44,556 nt of DNA from Fonticula alba ATCC 38817 (taxonomy: Eukaryota; Protista; Nucleariida): the NCBI GenBank assembly GCA_000388065.2, contig KB932205.1; one strand, 5' to 3'. The notes under the pieces were generated by a model. That model had not been told where the DNA came from, did no database searches, and saw only the letters and a list, made by a program, of their open reading frames with translations. The translations under genes and the position numbers were made by a program. Below, one piece after another: positions 34,936 through 44,556 of this stretch. Position 1 is the first letter of the stretch. Every line of letters begins with the position of its first letter.

Positions 34936-35829
34936 NNNNNNNNNNNNNNNNNNNNNNNNNNNNNNNNNNNNNNNNNNNNNNNNNNNNNNNNNNNNNNNNN
35001 NNNNNNNNNNNNNNNNNNNNNNNNNNNNNNNNNNNNNNNNNNNNNNNNNNNNNNNNNNNNNNNNNNNNNNNNNNNNNNNNNNNNNNNNNNNNNNNNNNNN
35101 NNNNNNNNNNNNNNNNNNNNNNNNNNNNNNNNNNNNNNNNNNNNNNNNNNNNNNNNNNNNNNNNNNNNNNNNNNNNNNNNNNNNNNNNNNNNNNNNNNNN
35201 NNNNNNNNNNNNNNNNNNNNNNNNNNNNNNNNNNNNNNNNNNNNNNNNNNNNNNNNNNNNNNNNNNNNNNNNNNNNNNNNNNNNNNNNNNNNNNNNNNNN
35301 NNNNNNNNNNNNNNNNNNNNNNNNNNNNNNNNNNNNNNNNNNNNNNNNNNNNNNNNNNNNNNNNNNNNNNNNNNNNNNNNNNNNNNNNNNNNNNNNNNNN
35401 NNNNNNNNNNNNNNNNNNNNNNNNNNNNNNNNNNNNNNNNNNNNNNNNNNNNNNNNNNNNNNNNNNNNNNNNNNNNNNNNNNNNNNNNNNNNNNNNNNNN
35501 NNNNNNNNNNNNNNNNNNNNNNNNNNNNNNNNNNNNNNNNNNNNNNNNNNNNNNNNNNNNNNNNNNNNNNNNNNNNNNNNNNNNNNNNNNNNNNNNNNNN
35601 NNNNNNNNNNNNNNNNNNNNNNNNNNNNNNNNNNNNNNNNNNNNNNNNNNNNNNNNNNNNNNNNNNNNNNNNNNNNNNNNNNNNNNNNNNNNNNNNNNNN
35701 NNNNNNNNNNNNNNNNNNNNNNNNNNNNNNNNNNNNNNNNNNNNNNNNNNNNNNNNNNNNNNNNNNNNNNNNNNNNNNNNNNNNNNNNNNNNNNNNNNNN
35801 NNNNNNNNNNNNNNNNNNNNNNNNNNNNN
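34936..35829. other. Assembly gap between divergent MED21 and RRP1
   Basis: N run. Confidence 1.
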
Positions 35830-35964
35830 CTCCTCCGCCCCATGCGCACGCCCACACACACACATATATATATGCACCCTCTTCCCACCGCACTTCGAGC
35901 TGCTTTGTTCCCTGCTGGTGGCTAACCTTCGCGCCATCCTTTGCCATGTGCCCTCTGGCCACAG

Positions 35965-37961
35965 AGAAGGAGATTCGTGACAAGGGCGTCGCTGATCTGC
36001 ATACCTTCCTCGGGAAAATGGAGCCCACCACCACGGATCTCCAGCTTCTCAAGCTGTGGAAGGCCCTTTACTATTGTGCGCCTTATGTTCGCCTTTTCCC
36101 ACTTGCTGCCCCTGTGCCACACCATTAGCCCTGTTGCCCTGCCGGTCCTTGTATTCCTCTGACCCCCGTCCCCCTCCCCCCTCCCCACCCGACACACACA
36201 TGCGCACGTGCACACGTGCACACAGCTATGTGGATGGCCGACATGCCGCCGGTGCAGCACCTCCTGGGCGATAGCATCGCCGACCTGGTCCCCGTCGTGC
36301 CGGCTCCTCTGCGGGAGCGCTTCATCGTGGCCTTCTGGCAGACCATCGCCCGGGAGTGGCACACCCTCGACAAGTACCGGCTGGATAAGTTCCTGGCGCT
36401 CATTCGTAAGATGGTGCGCGCGTCGCTCAAGTCCCTGCACGGGGCTGGCTGGCCGGAGGCTGAGGTTGTCGCCCATGGCACCACCCTGCAGAATGTGGTC
36501 CTGCTCAATGGGCGCATGCCGAACAGCGTGCGCTTCCACCTGCTGGACGTGTGGGCCGACGAGCTCGAGGTGGTCCTCGCCGGGGAGCAGGTACGTCGGG
36601 CCCTTTTTTTTTTTGCTGCCGCGCCCCTCTCGGCCTCTCGCTTTTCCTTCTTTTGCTTCTCCCTTCCTCTCGGCCTTGGCCAGGTGTGCCTTGCTCTCTG
36701 CCGCAAGGATGTGCGCCATCCGCTGACACATCATCCGGGGCCCCCGGCGCAGCTCGACACCCAAGACATCCTGCGTCTGATGGACCCCTTCCTGAAGGCC
36801 ATCTGCCGGGTGGATGACAGTGGCGTGTTCACGCACCTGCGCATGCAGGTGTTCCTGCGGCTCTTCGAGCAGGCCCGCGCGAGCCGCGAGTTCCTGGCGG
36901 CCGACGAGCAGATCGACACCACCGGCGCCGAGTCGACCCTGCGCGGGCAGACCGGCGGCGCGGATCGTCGCGTGACCACCGAGGCCGGTCTCCGGGCCCT
37001 GCTGGATGCTCTGTTCATGGAGGCCGCGGCGGAAACCTCGCGCGTGTCCAACCGCCGGCATGTGTACGATCTGTATGAGCTGCTGAAGCCGCTGTGCGAG
37101 CGCCTGGCCGAGGGCGAGCGCCTGCCGACGCCGCAGCTGCTGGGCAGCCGGCTGCCGTTGCCGCAGCGCCCGGCCAGCAAGCGCCGCAAGCAGCGCTCCG
37201 CCTCCTTCCGCATCGGGGCCCTGGAGCGGGTGAGCCTGCGGCCGGTGCCGCGCCGGCGCCCGGCCACCCCGGCCGAGCAGGCGGCTCTCAGTGATTTGCT
37301 GACCGGGACCTTGAGCCAGACCCTGGGGGTGGATCTGTCGACCCTGTCCGACCGCGAGCAGAAGCGCCTGCTTCGCCTGGCCGAGCATGCGGCCGGCGAG
37401 GCGGAGGAGGCTGCCACCGAGTCGCCGGCCAAGCGCGCCCGCGTCTCCGAGGACGGGGGGTCCCCGGCGGCCGGCGCTGCCGACACCACCGCCACCAGCA
37501 GCCCCGCTGCCCCGGAGAAGAAGTCGGCCAAGGCCAAGGCCAAGACCCCGGTGGCCGCGCCGGCTCCGCAGGAGGAGCCGGCCTCCCCCGGGCCGCGGTC
37601 CATTCTGTCTAGCCGCCGGAAGGCCCTCCCGGGCCCGAGCAACCCGCCCACCGGGCAGAAGATCCGCATCAACACCTCGCGCAATGTGGTGCTGCCCTTC
37701 AACAACCGCCAGCCGCCGACCACCGTCGGTGAGGATGCCGAGGCCATGGGCCTGAAGCCGGCCTCGCCGTCGCCGGCCGCCCCGCGCGGCCTGCGGCCGC
37801 TAGAGACCACCACCGCCACCGAGCCGGAGGCCACGGCCAAGCGCACGGTCTTCCTCGGCGCGCGTGGCACCATCTCCAAGGGGGGTGCCCTGCCGGTGGC
37901 TGCCCCGCAGCCGGCCAGCCGGGCCCAGCGCAAGGCCGCTCGCCACCGCCTGGCCAAGTAG
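35965..37961 (+). CDS. RRP1: RRP1/Nop52 ribosome-biogenesis protein, 5'-incomplete; exons 35965-36075, 36226-36590, 36753-37961
   Basis: EKEIRDKG...LLKLWKALYY|SMWMADMP...REWHTLDKYRLDKFLALIR...FHLLDVWADEL is the Nop52 signature. The first visible exon follows GCTAAC...CACAG(35964), so exon 1 probably lies in the 34936-35829 gap. Confidence 0.85.
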
Positions 37962-38916
37962 ATATGAGGCGCGCATGCGGCGCGGGTCGGGTGCCACATG
38001 GTGCTCTCCCTTGGCATTCGCGCGCACACGCGCGCATGGTCCGTCCCGCGCGCATCCACGGGGATGAGGAGGGCCGCGGGTCCCCCGGGGGCGGCCGGCG
38101 AAGAGGGAGCGAGGAGGCATGGCGGTGGGCGAGAGTGCCCAGGCCCCATATATGTGCTGCCGCTGCCCCTGCCGTCTGCTGGACTCCCTCGACTGTCCCT
38201 CTGTGCTGCCCCGGCCCCGGCCTCTTGCATTTTCCTCCCATCCCCCCCCCCCTCTCCCGCCGTCTCTCTGAGGTTGCTCGGTCTTGCCCCTCCCGCCATC
38301 AGGTTGACCATACCCAAGCCCACATACACATACACACACACATCCCCACTCCTGGCGGAAGGGGAAAGGCGCAGAGGGAGACCACCAGGGCCCCCTGGGA
38401 GAGCAGGGGGAAGCCCAATACAGATTGCATAGACGAGTGGGCCGGACTGACAAGCGTGAGCAGCGGCGGGGGATCCACACGGGGAGGGGGGCAGGCGGCG
38501 GGCTGGTGGCCCGGATCGGTGGGGGGGGGGGGGATCGCGAACGTGGCCGCGGGTGGGGGCGTCCCTTCCTTTTTTTGTCCTGGCGGAACGCCGCCCAACC
38601 GGGCCCGGATCGGGGGGGGGATGGTGTCCTACGCTCCGCTTGACCGGGGCCGTGTCCGGGCTTGCCGCGCCCTCCCGTCTCGTGCTGGAACGCGGGGCCG
38701 GGAGCTGGAGGAAAGGGCCGCGCGCATTCTGGAGTGGCAGATGCCAGAGGCGTGGGTAACGGGCATGCGGCCTCTCGCCACCGATGGGTGCGTGTGAGTG
38801 CGTGTGGATGCGTCCTCCGGCCGATACCGCCCCGCGGGGGAGGTTGCGGGGTCCCGCGGGGCGGCCGATGCCCCGGGGCGACAGAGGGGCGAAGCCGGCG
38901 GCGGGGGGCGGCGAGG

Positions 38917-38961
<45 letters not shown>
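38917..38961 (+). repeat. (GGC)15 trinucleotide repeat in a region with no recognised gene
   Basis: Direct reading. Confidence 0.95.
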
Positions 38962-38963
<2 letters not shown>

Positions 38964-40336
38964 GGGGGGGGGGGCACACGCGTGGACGGAACATCCCCCG
39001 TCCCCGACCTGCCAGCGAACGAGCTGACGCTCGAGAGTAGGCAGCCCCCTTTTTTGTTTGCGGGCGCCTCGCGCCGGCCCGGGGGCGGGGGGGGGCCGAT
39101 AGACAGAGGGCCAGCGGTCGCGGGCGTTCTCCGACCGGCCCGCCCCCGGCTTCGGCTCCCGGGAAATAGATATTCGCAGACACGGGCACGCCCCGGAGCT
39201 CTCGCTGGACAGTGAGGAGGCCGCATGGGGGTGGGGGGACGCGCGCCGACGCTCGAAACGGTGCGTGGCCCCCCGCCGATGCGCGGCGCGCCAGTCAACA
39301 CCTGTCCCGGGGGAGGCCATTGGCGCGCGGGGGGCGTGCGTGAGGATGCGCGGGGGGGGGGGGGGATGGTCGGGCGCATGCGCGTCCACACCCCGCCCGG
39401 CCATGCCCTCTCGGCGCAGGCACTTTCGCTCGCTCCATGGAGATGGGGGAGAGCTGTTAACGGCCCCCGCCCATCGGGGCGAGGACGGGGCGAGAGAGAG
39501 AGAGAGAGAGAGAGACCCCCCACAAGCGGGCAAGGGCGAATACGCCCGGCGGCGAGCGGACGAGGCCACACACCCGTCCGAAGTCGCCGCTTGGGCATTG
39601 CGTGGCTTGGCCGCCGCCCCCGCGTGCCGCAGAAAATCGCCGCGGCCACCGGGGGCGGGAGGGAGGGAAGGGGGCGGGACACAACCTGCCCTCGGGGGCC
39701 ACAGGCCTCAGAGGAGGGCCACCTGGCCAACAGACGAGGAGGGCGGGGGGGACGGCGGCAGGCAGGCAGGGGGCATTCCCATCCCCATCCGGGCCGGGAA
39801 TTCCTGTGCCTGGTCCTCTGGAAGTGTGCGGTGTGCGCGCGATGTGTCGGTGCGTTCCTCGCACGGCCGGCCCCCGCGGGCCCGGCGCTCCCACAGACAT
39901 GTGCCTTTGCCGCTCGGGGGGAGAGCGTGCGCGCGCGGCATATCGCCGCCCCGCGCCCCGGAGAACAAATGCCCGGTCGAGCACAACACCCCCCCCCCCT
40001 CCCCCCGAAAGATGGCTTTGGCCTGGCCGTCTGGCCCCGTGTCGCCGTCGGGCCGGCGGGCAGGCGGGTCGGCCCGACCTGGGCCTCGCTCGGACACCGG
40101 TGGACCGGGCCCGGCGCCCGCGCGCGAGGGCGCCCGGCGCGCACTCCCGGGCATGTGTGCCCTCCACCTCCCCCCTGGCGGCCCGGAGCCGGGGGCGCCG
40201 TCCCCACTCCGCTCGGACTATCGGACGGGGAGAGGGTGGGGGGGGGGGGGGTTGCGCCGGCGCGGTCAGAGTCTCACAGCCCTTTCGAGCGTCCGCATTT
40301 GGACCCGAGCCAGACCTACCGGCTGGCCTGGCACAC

Positions 40337-40380
<44 letters not shown>

Positions 40381-41591
40381 AACGCGCGCGCACGCAGGAC
40401 AGCCAGAACGAAACAAGGGGAAGAGGAGGCAAAGGGGCTGGGCATGGGGGATCTGATGTCACTGATATTCAGGGCGCGCGCGTGTGCGAAGCACGCACAT
40501 ACTCGGCCATTTCACTGGCCCCGAAGCGCGCCCTCCCGCCCCGGGCCTGACGCTGCCTGTCTGTTCTTCGGGGGCCCGGGAGGGCGGGGGGAGGCCCGCC
40601 CGAGCTGCCAATCCGGCCGGCATTTACGCGTGCCGTCTGGCCCCCCCCCCCCCCCCCCGCCAGTGCCCGGCGGACGGAGAACGCCCGGACGGGCCCGGGA
40701 AAACCGAGGGTCCGAGGGGCCGCCCATCGGGGGCCCAGCGGTGTGTGCCTCGCGAAAGGAGGCCCCTCATGCGGGCCCCACCACCAGGTGGACCGCTAAT
40801 CCCCCCCCCCCCTCCAGGAATATACAAAAAAGGCGCTCCCCAGATCGCAGCGCCCGGGCTGGGCGCGATCGGGCCCGGCCGGCCCGCCGAGGATGGGTGT
40901 GCGCGCGTACGTGCGTGTGTGGGCGGGTGGGTGTGTGCTGGGCGCCCGCGGGGTGCTGGGCTTCGCGGGGGGAGGAACCCTCCCCCCCCCCCCCCCGGCT
41001 CGCGCGATCGCGGATGTGTGACTCCACAGGGCGAGTTGTTCCGGCCGCCGGTGACACCGAGAGCCCTCCGGCCGCGCGGCGTCGAGCGGTGGGAACGCGG
41101 ACAGCCGGCGCCCGGTCAGAGGGGGCCTCTAGGCAGGAGGGCGTCGCCGGCGCCCGGGTCCGCGCGCGCGCGCGCCGGACGGTGGTGCGGGGCAGTGGTG
41201 CGGGGCAGAGAGGGGGGCCAGCACAAGCGGCAGCCCCCCCCTCCCCGGGCAAAGATAAAAACCAGCATGCTCGGGATACACCTATTCCCGGACTCGGTCG
41301 GCCGGCGGGCAGGGGGGGGGGGGGGGCATCGCGATGGATGCCAGTCCCCCATCCGCCGGCCCCGGTGGCCCGAGAGAGCCACCACAACACCCCGGCCAGC
41401 CCCATACATGCATCGGCCGCGCATCCCCGGCCAGTCGGGGGGCGACCGCCGGTCGCGAAACAGCCTCACCTCGGTGGACCGAGGGGGGGGGGGGCGGGGG
41501 AGATGCATGGACACGCGCGCGCGTGCGGCCGGCGGCCCGAGGCTGCCGAGGCCCCGGCCACCGGGCCCCACCGGGCGGGGCATTATCCCGG

Positions 41592-42303
41592 NNNNNNNNN
41601 NNNNNNNNNNNNNNNNNNNNNNNNNNNNNNNNNNNNNNNNNNNNNNNNNNNNNNNNNNNNNNNNNNNNNNNNNNNNNNNNNNNNNNNNNNNNNNNNNNNN
41701 NNNNNNNNNNNNNNNNNNNNNNNNNNNNNNNNNNNNNNNNNNNNNNNNNNNNNNNNNNNNNNNNNNNNNNNNNNNNNNNNNNNNNNNNNNNNNNNNNNNN
41801 NNNNNNNNNNNNNNNNNNNNNNNNNNNNNNNNNNNNNNNNNNNNNNNNNNNNNNNNNNNNNNNNNNNNNNNNNNNNNNNNNNNNNNNNNNNNNNNNNNNN
41901 NNNNNNNNNNNNNNNNNNNNNNNNNNNNNNNNNNNNNNNNNNNNNNNNNNNNNNNNNNNNNNNNNNNNNNNNNNNNNNNNNNNNNNNNNNNNNNNNNNNN
42001 NNNNNNNNNNNNNNNNNNNNNNNNNNNNNNNNNNNNNNNNNNNNNNNNNNNNNNNNNNNNNNNNNNNNNNNNNNNNNNNNNNNNNNNNNNNNNNNNNNNN
42101 NNNNNNNNNNNNNNNNNNNNNNNNNNNNNNNNNNNNNNNNNNNNNNNNNNNNNNNNNNNNNNNNNNNNNNNNNNNNNNNNNNNNNNNNNNNNNNNNNNNN
42201 NNNNNNNNNNNNNNNNNNNNNNNNNNNNNNNNNNNNNNNNNNNNNNNNNNNNNNNNNNNNNNNNNNNNNNNNNNNNNNNNNNNNNNNNNNNNNNNNNNNN
42301 NNN
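41592..42303. other. Assembly gap
   Basis: N run. Confidence 1.
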
Positions 42304-42337
42304 CCAGCTGCAAGGGGGCCTGGCCCTCGGGTTCTCT

Positions 42338-42391
<54 letters not shown>
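42338..42391 (+). repeat. Poly-G run (~54 nt) next to an assembly gap
   Basis: Direct reading; length may be an assembly artefact. Confidence 0.8.
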
Positions 42392-43090
42392 CGGATGGGG
42401 GGAGGATGGACGGGGGCGAATCTGCCGACCGAGGCTTTTATGCGGCTCTTCACCATCCCCCTCCATCCCTCTCTCTGTCTCTCTCGCTCTCTCTCTCCCG
42501 CAGGCCCAACCGAGCGGCGGTCCAAAGGTCAACCACGCACCGGGGGTCCCGTCCCGCTACTGTCTGCCAGCCCCGGGCGGGGTGGGGGGGGGGGGAGGGG
42601 GTATGGGGGCCTGCGCGCGGGGGAGCAGGGGGGCACGCGGTGCGCGGCTGGGGGGAAGGCGGTTGGTGGGGCGGGGCTGTGCATGTCCTTCCGCGCCTAC
42701 AGGCGCTTGCCTGCCGCTCAGCCCCCGCGCGCCCCCTCTGTCGCCTGCCGAGTTGAAAGGACCCCAGCCTGGCGTGGTCCGTGCTCTGCCTCCCCTCCAC
42801 CAGGTTACATGATTCCCCCCCCCCCCGGTCCGCCCCCCTCCCCAATCTGCCTACCAGTCACCCACACCTCCCCACACCTACCCTCTCCCCTTGCCTCCCT
42901 GTGCTCATCCCCTCTGTAGCGTATCACCCGATACCTACCGGTATGTTCCCTCCTCCTCCCCCCACCACTTCCACCCATCCCCTATGCACACACGTACACA
43001 GGCTGACACCCCGCGCCCAGTCCTGCCTGCGATTCCCCCAGGCCGCTTGCCACCCTGCCGCCCCAGCGTCGCTCTACACCCACCCCCGGG

Positions 43091-43124
<34 letters not shown>

Positions 43125-43147
43125 ACGCAAAGCCGTCCCCCGCAAGT

Positions 43148-44309
43148 ATGACCGCAGCCGCTGCCACGGCCGCCGCCACGCGCCATGCCTCCTCGTCCAA
43201 CAGTGCCAGCGCCCCGGGCAGTGCTCCGCTATCGGTGGCCTCACCAGCCGCGGCCATTGCCTCCTCGACTGCCTCGCCATCCGGGTCTCTGGACTTCCAT
43301 CGCGGCGTGAGCCCCTCCTTTTTGCTGCGGTACCGCCGGCATTTCCGCCTCCGCGCGCGTCACAACCCCTCGCGCGCCGAATTGGCGGCCGTGGTCGCTC
43401 GGCACTTCGCCTCCAGCATCGGCGTCCCCACCAGCGGTCCGATCCCCGGTGGCGCGGGCCCGGTCCAGCTCCCTGCCTCTGGGGCCCTGGCCGCTCCGAC
43501 CGGCCCTGGCGGCGTCCTCGACGAGGGCATGATCATCGCCCAATTCCTGTGCACCGTCAAGAGTCGCCGTACGTGTGTCCCCCGCATGCATACACATATC
43601 GCCATGTATATTATGTGTATGCCCCCCTCATGCCGCCACTCGCCACCATGTTCGCCCCCCGGGCATTTGCCTCACGGCGAAGGCTCTTTGCCTCGTCGCC
43701 GCCCGGAGGCATTTCGCCTGGCATATCTTCCCCCACTGACATCTTGTCCTCTCTCGCTCCCCCTCCCCTCCCCTCCCTCCCCCCTGGGCCGATGTGTCTC
43801 GCCCCCCCCCTGCAGATCGCATTGTCCGCCCGACCTTCTCCGGGATGGACAGCCTGCTCCTGCCCCCGACCACGGCCCCGGCCGCCCCGGCGACGAGCTC
43901 GACCCCCAGCGCCGCCCCTTCGACCACCGGCGCGTCGCAGGCCCGCAAGGCCGGCAAGGCCTCAGCCAGCGGGCTGACCTCCCCCCGCACCGGGCCGGTG
44001 GCCGCCGCCTCCTCGCGTCCGACCACCCCGTCGACAACTCCCACTGCGCCGGCGGCCGCCTCCTCGGGCCCGAAGCAGACCCCCGCGGCCCGGGCCTCCG
44101 GGACCCCGGCCTCCAATCGCACGGCGGCCGCCGAGGGCCCCGGCAGCAAGGCCACCGGCCAGGGGGGCGGCGCCAATCGCACGGCTGGCTCCTCCGCCTC
44201 TTCGGCCGCTGTGGCCGCCGCCGCGGCCGCCCTCTCGGTTCCCACCGGTGCCGGGCCTGCGGTGTCGGCCGGATCGCGCGTCGAGCCGGTCAAGTCCCTC
44301 TCCTCCTAG
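43148..44309 (+). CDS. SAP30: SAP30-like Sin3-binding-domain protein (Sin3/HDAC complex); exons 43148-43568 and 43816-44309; N-terminus may extend upstream
   Basis: Manual translation gives LDFHRGVSPSFLLRYRRHFRLRARHNPSRAELAAVVARHFAS...VLDEGMIIAQFLCTVKSR, matching the SAP30 Sin3-binding motif. Phase-1 intron GTACGT(43569)...TGCAG(43815). Exon sum is 915 nt. Confidence 0.75.
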
Positions 44310-44556
44310 AAAGAGTGAGGGCGCGGGGAGGCCCCGCCGAGGGCGCGCACGCTTGTGCCCCCCCCCCCCCATATCCGCCCGCGCTCGTGCCTGCCCGCGT
44401 GTCCCTCCTGTCCTTGTGTCTCCTCCAGCAGCCGCGCGTCTCCCTCTCTCTCTCTCTCTCCTCCCCCCTGTATAGTATCTCCCCCTTCTCTCCTGCTCTT
44501 TCGCACTCGCTCCCCCCGCCCCGTGCGCGCCATGCTCGGTGGCCAGGGCTTCCTCC

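Noticed and set aside
36731-40207. Long minus-strand ORF (1158 aa) and similar large ORFs (39265-42756, 23382-25364, 24623-26911)
   Set aside because: They are antisense or off-frame shadows of real genes, or GC-rich low-complexity DNA that lacks stop codons; some run through N gaps; no recognisable domains.
44532-44556. ATG CTC GGT GGC CAG... after a pyrimidine-rich leader, possibly the start of the next gene
   Set aside because: Only eight codons are visible before the window ends; it cannot be supported.
1-44556. tRNA, rRNA, CRISPR arrays, transposases, telomeric repeats
   Set aside because: No such signatures were seen by eye on either strand.

Overview
GC-rich, intron-containing eukaryotic genomic DNA with five N-gaps. 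The composition and gene mix suggest a unicellular opisthokont, plausibly a Fonticula-like nucleariid; this is inference, not a database result. Most of the ORF track is GC-driven shadow ORFs. Reading splice sites by hand gives ten genes: an orphan 4-TM membrane protein, a ~2,350-aa protein with possibly degenerate DH/RhoGEF-like helices, 10-exon glycyl-tRNA synthetase, intronless diphosphomevalonate decarboxylase, a Prm1-like membrane-fusion protein, an animal-style TopBP1, RBM25/Snu71, Mediator Med21, 5'-truncated RRP1/Nop52, and a SAP30-like protein absent from the ORF track. Top observations: (1) a probable Prm1 mating-fusion homologue in what looks like a non-fungal genome; (2) all 27 inferred 5' splice sites have a pyrimidine at +4 (23 C, 4 T, 0 A); (3) TopBP1 keeps BRCT6, an ATR-activation-like motif and BRCT7/8. 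All homology calls come from motif recognition by eye and need profile searches.
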